From a virus, in the IMG/VR virus record IMGVR_UViG_3300029319_000019, positions 1 through 64,000 of that record: DNA of 64,000 nucleotides. One strand, given 5' to 3'. Below the pieces are notes generated by a model that was given only the letters and a program-made list of their open reading frames with translations, searched no databases and had not been told where the DNA came from. Shown one piece after another: positions 40,171 to 50,517 of this stretch; positions within the stretch are counted from its first letter, which is position 1, and every line of letters begins with the position of its first letter. A program made the translations under genes and the position numbers.

Positions 40171-40536
40171 CTATGCTTTACTAAACTGTGCGTATTCAAG
40201 TACACAAGCAGCAGTGTATGCCTCTGCTTGAACAGTTAGTCCACTGTACATAGGAACAAATGCAAACTCTCCTACATCTAGTCTTATAACTGCATTACCG
40301 CCAAGTTTAATTTGTAAAAAAGAAGCAGCATTGCTAGATGAAATATTTTTTATGTATAAATAAGAAAAAGCACTATTACTAGCTAGCACGTCTTGTGCAG
40401 ATCCAGTTGCTATTGATTTTCTTGATACATTTGTAGTAGGTTCTCCAACCACTAATACATCTGATACACTTAAATTTAAAACATCGCTTGTAGCAGTGCT
40501 ACTATTTAACGTTAATTTTGTTGTTAATGTTGCCAT
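40171..40536 (-). CDS. Small beta-rich structural protein
   Basis: YLYIKN...L..GEFAFVP pattern; tail module context. Confidence 0.55.
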   Translation of the reverse strand: MATLTTKLTLNSSTATSDVLNLSVSDVLVVGEPTTNVSRKSIATGSAQDVLASNSAFSYLYIKNISSSNAASFLQIKLGGNAVIRLDVGEFAFVPMYSGLTVQAEAYTAACVLEYAQFSKA

Positions 40537-40561
40537 TTTATTTTATGATTAATAATTAATA

Positions 40562-40870
40562 TTATGATCCTGCATTTACGGGCGTTACACCTGTTCTTGC
40601 ATATGCTAAAACCTTACCACTATCTAATTCAATAGAAGTAAAGTTTCCATATATAGTCATACCTTTTGGTATTGAAATTGTTGCTGCTGCGTCTGTAATA
40701 TTTGTTGTACACTCTGAAGTATCTATGACAGAGTCTTCTAATGCAGCTATTGCAAAGTATGGCCCAGTATGCTCAACCGTGTCGTCAATCATATGCACAA
40801 CACCTGGAGCCATAGTTTCACTTAAATTTTTTACTAAGCTTAATAATAAGCTTTCTGATACTGTTGACAT
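40562..40870 (-). CDS. Small structural protein
   Basis: FAIAALED...IPKGMTIYGNFTSIELDSGKVLAY; tail module context. Confidence 0.55.
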   Translation of the reverse strand: MSTVSESLLLSLVKNLSETMAPGVVHMIDDTVEHTGPYFAIAALEDSVIDTSECTTNITDAAATISIPKGMTIYGNFTSIELDSGKVLAYARTGVTPVNAGS

Positions 40871-41271
40871 TATTCTATAATTTTATCTATGTTAATAATT
40901 TGTTCTCCAGTAATATCTGCTGGTAAGCAGTCTTCTGGTATACCATGCAATTCAATTTCAGTTTCTTCTAATAGTAGTTTGTCTACCTCAGCTAACTGTT
41001 CTTTACGAGCATCAACAAGTTCTTTATTCTCTTCCTCTAATTTAGCTATCGCTTCATCATCTTTCTGATTCATAAGAACCTGCATTTTTTGTGATAGTCC
41101 TAAAAACTCGTCTGTAGGCTTACTAGCCTCTTCAATATCTTTAAGTTCTTCTTGTATTACTCTAATGTTCTTAGATACTAATAATCCAAACTTAACTCCT
41201 TTCAATTGTTGTACTGCTGTTAGTCCGTTAAATAATTCAACAAACTCACCATTTTTCATTTTTACTTTCAT
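40870..41271 (-). CDS. Putative tail-fibre assembly chaperone
   Basis: Helical acidic/basic 133-aa protein directly after a fibre gene. Confidence 0.5.
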   Translation of the reverse strand: MKVKMKNGEFVELFNGLTAVQQLKGVKFGLLVSKNIRVIQEELKDIEEASKPTDEFLGLSQKMQVLMNQKDDEAIAKLEEENKELVDARKEQLAEVDKLLLEETEIELHGIPEDCLPADITGEQIINIDKIIE

Positions 41272-41298
41272 TTTGTCTATATAATTAATTGGTTAATA

Positions 41299-42822
41299 TT
41301 AAGCGATTCTGTACATAGTTACTGCACTAGAACCAGTTCTTCTTATTCTGAATCTGCCAACACCTGCGTATCCTGCATCGTCAGCGTCATCTTGTGATTT
41401 TACTTTCATGTTACCTACAAGTGTTACACCGGTTCCTCCAGTAAGAGTAATATCAGATGTACCGTCTGTAGCTAAACTAATTAAACTAAAGTCAAAACTA
41501 TCATTATCTGCTGTTAAAGACAGTCCTGATATTAAATTAGATGCTGTATCTGTAGCTTTACTTCTATCAGCTGTAGGTGTACATTTTATAATACCTGTCA
41601 AAATATTAGCTGCAGATAATGCTGTAGTGCCATCATCTGTAGTAGCTTCAGCTCCTTGGTATTGTATAAATGCTGCCGTACTAGACGCTCTTGCATAAAT
41701 AGGTTTTGCTTTTACAAATAAATTACCTGTTTCTACTGATACATCTTGACTAGTATCTATAGTTACTGCTGTAGTTATTGATCCTCCGCTTGTATATGTT
41801 CTTAGTAATACATTACCTGCATCTCCTGATGCTGCATCTCCTCCAGATAGTGCTACATCACCTCCATTACCAGATCCTGTAGCAGTACCTGCTGAAAGTC
41901 TTAAATCACCACCATCCATATTTCCACCACCTGCAGTAGCTGCGTTTATAGCTAAAGTTGCGCCAGCAGTTCCAGACGCTGATGTTGTAGTTTGAATAGT
42001 GTATATAGATTGATATGCAGCAGTATTACCTATTGTAATCGCTGTAGCTGTACTACCTTGTATATTTAATTGACCTGTAGCTTCACCTGTAGTTAAAGTT
42101 GATCCAGAATCATTAAGTATTGTTTTACCATTAGTATGTACATATATACCTCTATCAGATCCATCATCACTAATATAGTTAGTATTCAAGTCAATGTTAT
42201 AACTACCTGTATCCAGGTTAGCTGCTAGACTTGATAAACTAGCTGCAAGTGTAATTGTACCTGCACCATTAGTAACAGTCATATTAGCTCCAGCTGTAAG
42301 AGTTGCTACTGATGGATAACCGTTAGTTGCATTACCTATAAGCAGTTGTCCATTTGTAGACATTGCGTCTGTAGCTGCTATTACATTATCTGCACTAGCG
42401 TATAATAACTGACCTTTAGATATTGTAGATAATCCTGTACCTCCATTTGTAACTCCACATTCTCCTGTAACTGTACCTGAAAAATCCATTCCAGATAAAA
42501 ACCCTGCTGTTGTATTGTTACACAAGCTAAGATCTATACCTGCTTCTAATACTGTTAATACTATATTATTTGAACTAGTTGCTACTGTTAACAAACCTGT
42601 GTCTCCAGAAGCAATACCCTTAAATACTATCTGATTTTTATTTGTTAGTGTTGCACTAGTATATATTGTTTCTGAACTTGTCCCTGCTGTAGAAACTGCT
42701 GGAAACAACGTTTGTAGTTGTAACTTTTTAGCAGCTTTTGTACTAGAGTTAGCTACTAATAAAAATTCATTAGCATCTACGTTAGTTTTTGAAAGGGTAC
42801 TTAATGATGTTATTTCTGCCAT
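41299..42822 (-). CDS. Tail fibre protein
   Basis: Thr/Gly/Ala-rich; GVTNGGTG...GQLLY, GQLLIG and GGD..LSAG repeats. Confidence 0.75.
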   Translation of the reverse strand: MAEITSLSTLSKTNVDANEFLLVANSSTKAAKKLQLQTLFPAVSTAGTSSETIYTSATLTNKNQIVFKGIASGDTGLLTVATSSNNIVLTVLEAGIDLSLCNNTTAGFLSGMDFSGTVTGECGVTNGGTGLSTISKGQLLYASADNVIAATDAMSTNGQLLIGNATNGYPSVATLTAGANMTVTNGAGTITLAASLSSLAANLDTGSYNIDLNTNYISDDGSDRGIYVHTNGKTILNDSGSTLTTGEATGQLNIQGSTATAITIGNTAAYQSIYTIQTTTSASGTAGATLAINAATAGGGNMDGGDLRLSAGTATGSGNGGDVALSGGDAASGDAGNVLLRTYTSGGSITTAVTIDTSQDVSVETGNLFVKAKPIYARASSTAAFIQYQGAEATTDDGTTALSAANILTGIIKCTPTADRSKATDTASNLISGLSLTADNDSFDFSLISLATDGTSDITLTGGTGVTLVGNMKVKSQDDADDAGYAGVGRFRIRRTGSSAVTMYRIA

Positions 42823-42839
42823 TTTATTTTATTGTTATG

Positions 42840-45800
42840 TTAGTTTAAATCTTCAAAACTGCTTTCGCCTGTTTCTTCTGTCTCATCCGCTCCTAGCGAT
42901 CCTCCTAATTCTGTAACATCAGAAACATCATCAAAAGTAGAATCATTCACTGTTACAATAGTGCCACCAATATTAAAGGTTCCTGTAACTTCAGTATTTG
43001 AGTCACCCGTTTCTCTATATGCTGGTATGCCGCAGTCCTTACAATACTCTTTAGCAAAGCTAAGAAAATTTGATAAATAATTTTCAGTCTCATTTTGTAT
43101 TTGGAAAGTTATACATTTTCTCCAACCGCTTGCTGGGTCATTAGAAAAAGGATCTATATGCAAACCTGTATTAGATATTGCTACATATATTACTCCAGCT
43201 AGTCCAAGTGGATTTGGAACAAATGCTCTTCTTACATATGTACCTAATGCATATGAGCCTACATTAGCAGGGTTCCAAAATTGAGAACCAGAGTTATTCC
43301 ACTTATCAACACAATTTACTTGCGCTCCTGCTAAACTAGGTGTTGCTGGATCTGTGCAATTGTATATACAAGGTAATCCTTGTCTAGACATTAAGTCTTG
43401 TATAATAACCATCTTCCATGTTTCCATGTTAGAGCAGTTGTTTCCTAGTCCTGTTATATGTTTAGTGTAAAATCTATGTCCAGATCTCGCAATACACTCA
43501 GCATTATAATCTAATAAATTAGCAATACCTCTTGGAGTACATGCTGGAATAGTTGTATCTACATCATCACAATCTTCCAAACATCCATTATATTCATATT
43601 CACAAGGACATGTAGCATCTGTATAATTTGCAGCTGGATTATAGTTAACAGCATTTTCATCCATACACCCACATATTGAATTATCAGGACAACATGTAAG
43701 ACTAAATGTTCCATCAAGACATGGGCACCCTCCTGGAGGTGGTGGATCATTAAACTCACAACACCCGTCATCTACATTTGCTAGAGGCACAGATGCACCA
43801 GCGCAGTTTACAAGATAGTTAAGTGCACTAGGATCTAAACACCCATGAATAATATTAGTACCATTTCCATTATCGCAATCTTCTATCGCTAGTGTTACCA
43901 TACCTACAAGGTGGGCGCAGGAACTGGTCAGTGCAACGTCGCCGTCAGCATCAGTGTCATATGGAAGTTCTGCATTGCCGTTAGCATTGATAAAAGCATC
44001 ATCGAAGAATGCTACCGCAAACTGATATGCTCCACCAGGAAGATCAGTAATATTTATTGTTTCATTAGCTGTAAGAGTATCAACTTCAAAAGAAGACAGA
44101 GAATCTACGTCCAATATAGGATCACCACTAGTCACTGGACCTGTAAACCAACTTCCATAAGTAATATCAACAGTCGTATGCTGTAAAACCCAAACATACC
44201 CAACACCAGCTGTGTTAGTTATATTCGCTAATAAATTTGTTGCATCTGGCAAGTTAACAGTCACAGAACCTGTAGAATTGTCATCACACAATCCTGTAGT
44301 TTCATTATAAGTTGATGTAGAATCTACTACATTACTAAATTGTACACCTCCAGATGCATTTGCTGTTGCTTCATATTCTTCTAGTTCACAACAGTCAGTA
44401 TCCAACCCTCCATTATTTTGCAAATAACCTTCGCACGCTGCTTGTGTAGGAAAGCCAAGACCAGCTGTACCTATTTCACTTACACATGTACCACATCTGT
44501 CTGGTACCCAAGTTACATTATTTCCATATAGACATGAGCCATCGTCAATAGTTGCCAGTGGATTAAAATTAGTCGCTGTTGGATCAGTGCAACCTAAAAC
44601 ATCTTCGGTAGGGTCTGTATCATAAACACAACTTCCATCATCTATTACTGCATTTGGATCAAAATTAATTGCTGCTGGATCTGTACATCCAGATGTAGAA
44701 ATAACAGGACAACAAGCTTCTATTGTAGATATTTGTGCTGGAGTAAATGGTACGAATACATCAACAGTTTCTTCCCAAACATTATTTGTTCCATAGTTAT
44801 ATGAAAAATTCACGCCTGTAGGAGCACCATGATTTTGTATTAAAGAGCAAAGTTGAGTACTTGAACTTGTAAGATTTGCAGAATTCACAACTTTGTGAAC
44901 GGCCTGGAAGGTAAATGTAGTTATGACGGTACCATCACCCATAACTAGATTAGTGTTTATGTGAAGTAAATCTAGAACGTGACCATTTCCATTACCACCT
45001 ATTTGTATAGGATCACCATTTGTATTTAAAGTAGTAAATTGAAGTGCATTACCGCTAAAGAAAGTATTTCCAATACCTATTACTTCATTTGGATTAAATG
45101 ACGGATAGCACAGATAATTATTAACTAAATACTGTGCATATACCCAAGTATTAGATCCAGAAGCAAAATTCAGAAACTGGCCAGCAGTAGGACCATTGCT
45201 AATAATAAAACCACCAGCATTTAAAACATCAATTATGTCAGGATTTGATATACCTAAAGGTACAGTGCTAATTCTAGGAAAGTCTCCAAGTGTAGGATGA
45301 GTTTCACAAGTTACCTCTACCTCAAAATTTAAATCATTACAACCATCAAAGTCAGGATCTATTGGTAAACATGAACCATCATCAAAAGTAGCAACTGGGT
45401 TAAAATTTGGAGAGCTTGGATTTGTACATCCTCCCTGTCCCACTGAATACTCTCCAAAAATAGTATAACACTGTTCTACTTCATCATCACCATCGTGAGT
45501 TCCATCATTATCATAAACAGCCGCTATAAAATATCTTCCATCTTCTAAACCTGTAAATGTATGCGCACCCCCAGTTCCTGAAACTGTTGTAATTAATGTT
45601 GAATCTTGAGTTAGATAAGTAAGGCCGTCTGCTCCACCTTGTATAAATAGCTGCGCAAGTTGCACAGTTACCTGAGTAATGTTAATCTTATATAACTTAT
45701 AATCAATTGGAGCAGCCTGATTACTAGTAGTAAATTCTGAAGCAGGGTTAAAAATTAAAGGAGTTGGTCCAGGAAGAACAGTATAAGGCGATGCAAAATT

Positions 45801-47234
45801 AACTCCTGCAAACGAAATAGTACCATCAGAAAGACTTGCTCCCGCAGGAGTTGATGTTGCAGGGGTCGTGCTTGTTCCTATACCTTCTTCAAATACAGGT
45901 CCTAGTACTTGTAAAAATCTACCACTACCTGCTTCTAACTGACCTGTAGTAGCATTACAAAATACACAGGCAGCATCTTCATTTGTAGTAACAGTATTAT
46001 CGTAGTTAATTGCAGATGCAGTGTCTTTACATCCAAAAGAGCTATTTACAACATCTATATCCTCTAAGATATTAAATGTCATAATATCACTACAGGCCGT
46101 TCCAGTGTTAGAATCTGTTACTGTAATTTCATATGATCCTGGGAATAAACCACTAATAGTAAAAGGAGAGGAACTTATTCCTGAAGTTGTTGCTGTGCTG
46201 TAAGTTAATGTTGGGTTATCTAAAGATAAAGCTTCTACAGTCGCAGTAAAGTTTGCTGTACCACCTGTAACAGTAACAGTGATTGTACCATCAGCTGTAT
46301 CTGTAGTTGCTGCAGTTGAATTTGATAAAGTTATTTCAAAATCATCACATCCAGTAGTATACTCACAACATCCTCCATCTACATTAACATAATCATTAAG
46401 CCTTTGTGAAGTAAGAGCAATGCCATCACAATCGTTAGCATGCGTACCACCAGGTAAATCTGTACAAGGTAATGATTGACCAACACATCCTGTTAAGTAG
46501 TAGTTTGAGGCTGTAGGATCTAAACATACACTGTTTATAATAAGATCCCTAGCCTGCATTTGATTAAATACAAAACCACCCACAACTGTTGGTTGATCTT
46601 TTCCTGTAACATTTGGAGTTGTAGTAAATAATAAACTACTATTATTATCAAATCCTCCTCTAGGCTTACCTAAATTTTCAGAAGTAGACCCGCTGTTTGT
46701 ATATTTTATGCTATTTAAAAACTGATTTTGTAAATCAGTAGATGCTACATATGCTGCATTGCCAGAACTTAAATAATAAAAATCTTTTTTACTACTTGTA
46801 TCTAAATGTGGATTTGTAGATTCTGGAAATATTACTAACTGTTTAAATACTGCTTTATCATAATATAAAGCATCTGTAATATTATATCCAGTTTTTGAGC
46901 CTTCTTCTATAGAAAATGTAAAAGACCTTTGTAAACTTGCATATGGAACTGGTAAAGCTTGTGCTTCTGTTAGTTCATTTAAAACAACTTGACTTGTATC
47001 CCCGTTTCTAAATACAATGTCAAATGTACCTGAACCGTTGTAAGTTAGTACTATTTCATTTGTTCCGTCTCTTAGAGATTGTCTAGTATCAGAAGTGATT
47101 ACACTTAAACCCTTAAGAGTAGGTGTTATAGATACAATAGGATTCTCTGCATGAGAATTGAAAATAGCGTAGTTTACGCCAGCAGCATCTTTTAGATACT
47201 TATATGAATAAAATGTCTGTAATACCTTTGACAT
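42840..47234 (-). CDS. Large Cys-rich tail hub/fibre protein with GCTDP repeats and an SprB-like Ig module
   Basis: About 7 GCxDPxAxN...DDGSC repeats; DGTITVTVTGGT...GL.PG.Y.ITVTD module; no signal peptide; tail-hub gene position. Confidence 0.65.
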   Translation of the reverse strand: MSKVLQTFYSYKYLKDAAGVNYAIFNSHAENPIVSITPTLKGLSVITSDTRQSLRDGTNEIVLTYNGSGTFDIVFRNGDTSQVVLNELTEAQALPVPYASLQRSFTFSIEEGSKTGYNITDALYYDKAVFKQLVIFPESTNPHLDTSSKKDFYYLSSGNAAYVASTDLQNQFLNSIKYTNSGSTSENLGKPRGGFDNNSSLLFTTTPNVTGKDQPTVVGGFVFNQMQARDLIINSVCLDPTASNYYLTGCVGQSLPCTDLPGGTHANDCDGIALTSQRLNDYVNVDGGCCEYTTGCDDFEITLSNSTAATTDTADGTITVTVTGGTANFTATVEALSLDNPTLTYSTATTSGISSSPFTISGLFPGSYEITVTDSNTGTACSDIMTFNILEDIDVVNSSFGCKDTASAINYDNTVTTNEDAACVFCNATTGQLEAGSGRFLQVLGPVFEEGIGTSTTPATSTPAGASLSDGTISFAGVNFASPYTVLPGPTPLIFNPASEFTTSNQAAPIDYKLYKINITQVTVQLAQLFIQGGADGLTYLTQDSTLITTVSGTGGAHTFTGLEDGRYFIAAVYDNDGTHDGDDEVEQCYTIFGEYSVGQGGCTNPSSPNFNPVATFDDGSCLPIDPDFDGCNDLNFEVEVTCETHPTLGDFPRISTVPLGISNPDIIDVLNAGGFIISNGPTAGQFLNFASGSNTWVYAQYLVNNYLCYPSFNPNEVIGIGNTFFSGNALQFTTLNTNGDPIQIGGNGNGHVLDLLHINTNLVMGDGTVITTFTFQAVHKVVNSANLTSSSTQLCSLIQNHGAPTGVNFSYNYGTNNVWEETVDVFVPFTPAQISTIEACCPVISTSGCTDPAAINFDPNAVIDDGSCVYDTDPTEDVLGCTDPTATNFNPLATIDDGSCLYGNNVTWVPDRCGTCVSEIGTAGLGFPTQAACEGYLQNNGGLDTDCCELEEYEATANASGGVQFSNVVDSTSTYNETTGLCDDNSTGSVTVNLPDATNLLANITNTAGVGYVWVLQHTTVDITYGSWFTGPVTSGDPILDVDSLSSFEVDTLTANETINITDLPGGAYQFAVAFFDDAFINANGNAELPYDTDADGDVALTSSCAHLVGMVTLAIEDCDNGNGTNIIHGCLDPSALNYLVNCAGASVPLANVDDGCCEFNDPPPPGGCPCLDGTFSLTCCPDNSICGCMDENAVNYNPAANYTDATCPCEYEYNGCLEDCDDVDTTIPACTPRGIANLLDYNAECIARSGHRFYTKHITGLGNNCSNMETWKMVIIQDLMSRQGLPCIYNCTDPATPSLAGAQVNCVDKWNNSGSQFWNPANVGSYALGTYVRRAFVPNPLGLAGVIYVAISNTGLHIDPFSNDPASGWRKCITFQIQNETENYLSNFLSFAKEYCKDCGIPAYRETGDSNTEVTGTFNIGGTIVTVNDSTFDDVSDVTELGGSLGADETEETGESSFEDLN

Positions 47235-47236
47235 AA

Positions 47237-47773
47237 TTAACAGTTACACCCACAATGTCCTGCGCACATGTCTTGGGCTGTTAGATACTTTCTTTTTGCA
47301 TTGTCGATAACAGCTTGAATTTGATCTATAGTACCTTCTTCAGATGAGGTAGCTAATTCATTTTCTGCTGTTTTTAGTAATAAAAATATTTTTTGTGCTT
47401 CAACAAAATGTGGTGAACATTTGTTACAATCGCAATCACAGTCTAATAATTCGTTAATTTTATGGGCTATACAACACAAAACATCACACGCAAAAAGTAT
47501 TCCTTTACGTGCAAAAACTTGTCCATCTACAATATGGTCAATAATAAACACACCATTACCACCGCCTACTTGACTTGCTAAAACAATTCTTGTATTATCT
47601 GGTCCTCCTGGAAATGTATAATTATAAGTTCCGTTAGGCCCTGTTACTAATATTTCATGTGTGGCTTGTGGATCAGGACTTGTAACTCTAATTATAACTT
47701 TATTACAATCCGCTGTTTGAGTTGTATTTATTGCCATATTGTTGTTAGGTTTTATTATGGTGCCTAAGGCCAT
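47237..47773 (-). CDS. Putative tail hub protein
   Basis: Cys clusters CDCDCNKC and terminal CAGHCGCNC; position after the auxiliary capsid genes. Confidence 0.55.
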   Translation of the reverse strand: MALGTIIKPNNNMAINTTQTADCNKVIIRVTSPDPQATHEILVTGPNGTYNYTFPGGPDNTRIVLASQVGGGNGVFIIDHIVDGQVFARKGILFACDVLCCIAHKINELLDCDCDCNKCSPHFVEAQKIFLLLKTAENELATSSEEGTIDQIQAVIDNAKRKYLTAQDMCAGHCGCNC

Positions 47774-47788
47774 TGTTTAAATTTTTGT

Positions 47789-47829
47789 AAAAAAAGACCT
47801 ACAGGGGAAACTAGTCCCCTGTGAGTCTT
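47789..47829 (-). terminator. Intrinsic terminator
   Basis: Minus-strand hairpin AAGAC..ACAGGGGA-CTAGTT-TCCCCTGT..GTCTT followed by a U tract. Confidence 0.8.
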
Positions 47830-47842
47830 ATATGTTAAGAGA

Positions 47843-48346
47843 TTATGCTATATCTCCAGTTTGTACGTACTCTACGAACAAAGTAATTTTACCAGCATCA
47901 ATGTTGTGGTCATTGTTAAGAGTTAACAATAATTCAACATCTGCGGCAGTATACAATAAAGTAGCGTCTCTTGCTATACCCATGTTAAGCTGTGTTAGAG
48001 CGTTTCCATCTAAAGCATAGTTGTCTACTAAAGTCATACCAATACCTGCTGAATACTGAACTGTGTTACATGCAACTGCTGCAATGAAAGCTCCTGTAGC
48101 TCCAGTATAACCTAAAGCTAGAGTTGTTGAGTTATCATCATCATCAGTTAATGCTGTTTCACAGTATGTATAAGCACGAAGAATTAAAGATCCTTCAGGA
48201 ATGATAATACTTTTACCTGCTACATAACCGTTATCGCTGTTAGTACTTGTGCTTGGAGCATAAGATTTGTTAGTTGCTAAAGTACCGCTAACCCCTATAT
48301 CCCAAACTGCTTTAACCATTGTAGGTGCATAAATGTTATTTGCCAT
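47843..48346 (-). CDS. Putative capsid decoration protein
   Basis: IPEGSLILRAY...LALG...AGKITLFVEY jelly-roll-like pattern; followed by a terminator, suggesting high expression. Confidence 0.55.
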   Translation of the reverse strand: MANNIYAPTMVKAVWDIGVSGTLATNKSYAPSTSTNSDNGYVAGKSIIIPEGSLILRAYTYCETALTDDDDNSTTLALGYTGATGAFIAAVACNTVQYSAGIGMTLVDNYALDGNALTQLNMGIARDATLLYTAADVELLLTLNNDHNIDAGKITLFVEYVQTGDIA

Positions 48347-48372
48347 TTTTTTAAAGTTTTAAAAGATTAATA

Positions 48373-49314
48373 TTATAAGTTAACGTTTGCAAATCCAGCT
48401 GAGAATAAGTAAGGATTAAGTTGTCCTTCTAAAGCTGAAGTTAAAGCTGCTGTTCCATTATCAAACGCAATGTAAATTTCAATTAAGTTATCTACACCGT
48501 GAATTTGAGAAGCTGAAGATCCGTCTTTAGTAGCTACAATGTGGTAAACATCATAAGAGTCACCAGTTACAGTACTTTGAGTTGGAGTGTTAGGAAGTTC
48601 AACACGGTTATAAAAACCATACTGAGAACCTCTTAATTCTTCTTCCATCTCTTTAATGTAAAATCCATCACCTGCACCTCTATCTCCAGCAGTTTGATAA
48701 GTTACAGTATCTGCTGTTGTGTTAGCTGCAGGAACTGTTTCAAATACTATGTCCATGTGTACCAATTCATTTTGAACTGATCCGTCAGCTTTAACTTCAC
48801 CTTTTTTGAAACCAGTAAAATCAATACTAGTACCATTGTTAGTAATACTACTTACCCAGTGAGGTAAATCAGCGTTAATAGCTGTTGTAAAAGCTGTACA
48901 CTGCTCAGTTGGAGTGTTTGTACCAGCTGGATCAACGTCAATCTCATAACTCTTAAACTCAAATGGTGCCTCACCATTAGTTAAGTTAATTACTTTAATT
49001 GTGTGCTGTCCTACAGCTGCAGCGTTACCAGCTAAAGCGATTCTACAAACCTCTGCAGTTTGAGCTGCGTGAGACTTACCGCCCCATGCTATAACATCTC
49101 TTCCGTAGATCCAAGGAGATACGATGTTTACATCAATCCCAGAGGGACCTCCTTGTACAATTCTAATTTGATCAGAATCTGCTATAGTATCATTCGGTAA
49201 CAATGAAGTTGGTCCGTCAGAAGATAATTTTTGAACATCTATTGCTCCGTCTGCCAATAATCCATTAGTGTAAGATACTGCAACAGCATTTCCAATATAC
49301 AAATGTCTTGCCAT
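48373..49314 (-). CDS. Putative auxiliary capsid protein
   Basis: 313 aa, beta-rich; occupies the auxiliary-capsid position of crAss-like gene order. Confidence 0.6.
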   Translation of the reverse strand: MARHLYIGNAVAVSYTNGLLADGAIDVQKLSSDGPTSLLPNDTIADSDQIRIVQGGPSGIDVNIVSPWIYGRDVIAWGGKSHAAQTAEVCRIALAGNAAAVGQHTIKVINLTNGEAPFEFKSYEIDVDPAGTNTPTEQCTAFTTAINADLPHWVSSITNNGTSIDFTGFKKGEVKADGSVQNELVHMDIVFETVPAANTTADTVTYQTAGDRGAGDGFYIKEMEEELRGSQYGFYNRVELPNTPTQSTVTGDSYDVYHIVATKDGSSASQIHGVDNLIEIYIAFDNGTAALTSALEGQLNPYLFSAGFANVNL

Positions 49315-49329
49315 TTTTCTAAAATTTAT

Positions 49330-49344
49330 GCGGCATTATGCCGC
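49330..49344. other. Intergenic GC-rich inverted repeat (possible mRNA processing or stabilising hairpin)
   Basis: GCGGCAT-T-ATGCCGC between the ring and auxiliary capsid genes. Confidence 0.55.
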
Positions 49345-49353
49345 TATTAATAA

Positions 49354-50517
49354 TTATTCATTCTTTGTCACTTCTCCAAGCGCTGTTCTATATCGCGGAT
49401 CAGAGATAGCTTCTAAAATACTACTCACTGTCATAGCAACAATCTCTTGATGAGTGTGCTCTGGCAGTTCGCAATCAATCCCCAAAGATAAGGATATTTC
49501 TTTCGGCTTTCTTATGTACGTTATTTTTAAGGTATCTATTATAAATATATCACTAGTGTATACATCTATAGACCTTCCTCTAATTGTTGTCAATGGAGAG
49601 GTATGTTTTGTTGTATTAAACGGGTCACTTAAAAGCGCAAATATGTCGTCTTGTTGAGAGAATCTGTTTCCCTCTTGTATTCTCGCTGAGTACTCTATTG
49701 GCTCTCTTCTTTCAGCATATGTTATATCCACAACCTGTGCTGCCTGTGCTGTAGGTGCTGTAGCTGTTGCTATAGGAGTTCCTACTATGTGACTAACACT
49801 TCCTGCGGATAAATCAAAGTTAAACCAGTCATGTTGATCTGTATCTACTACAACAATAAACTGGCCTGGAAAATTTAATGTTTCATACTCTTCCCAGTAT
49901 ATTTCAAACCCAGGTCCTGGGTGGTCTAATATATCCTGTATAACTGCTTGCACATTTGCAGGATAACTTTCTGGTGTCCATCCTGTAGCTACAAAATCTG
50001 ATGATGGATTCCATACTACAGCAGATGTAGGATCAACTCCTGTAGTATCAGCAACCATATCTATAGCAGTAATAAATGCTGTAGAGTCATTAGCTGCATT
50101 ATTCAATACAAAATTATTTAAGTCTAGTGTAAAGAATGATACTGCTGGGGGATTAACTAATTCAAAACTTATAGGTTTACAATTATTAATCCATATTTTA
50201 GACATTTGATTTACTAGATACATATAATCTACAGGTAGTTGAAATGTATCTACAAATATTTTTGGTTTTAACTGCTCCTTAAATGTTACAGGAGCTTCAT
50301 ACTCACGCACAAGTGTACGTAAATCATCTATTCTTTTTTGTGATTCTTCAAAACCTTTTCTGTACATGTTATTTCTACCGTACTTGGTGTTGATGAATCT
50401 AAACATGTTTTTGTTTAATTCAATATCTATCTCTTCAGATAATAAACTGTCAGCTTGGAGTGAATTAATCTTATCCACTCCTTGCTGTACAGCTATATGC
50501 ATTTCAGTTACATTCAT
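49354..50517 (-). CDS. Tail ring / head-tail connector protein
   Basis: MNVTEMH...DK..S......EEID..LNK, GFEESQKRIDDLRTLV and YIRKP....CELPEHTHQEIV motifs. Confidence 0.75.
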   Translation of the reverse strand: MNVTEMHIAVQQGVDKINSLQADSLLSEEIDIELNKNMFRFINTKYGRNNMYRKGFEESQKRIDDLRTLVREYEAPVTFKEQLKPKIFVDTFQLPVDYMYLVNQMSKIWINNCKPISFELVNPPAVSFFTLDLNNFVLNNAANDSTAFITAIDMVADTTGVDPTSAVVWNPSSDFVATGWTPESYPANVQAVIQDILDHPGPGFEIYWEEYETLNFPGQFIVVVDTDQHDWFNFDLSAGSVSHIVGTPIATATAPTAQAAQVVDITYAERREPIEYSARIQEGNRFSQQDDIFALLSDPFNTTKHTSPLTTIRGRSIDVYTSDIFIIDTLKITYIRKPKEISLSLGIDCELPEHTHQEIVAMTVSSILEAISDPRYRTALGEVTKNE

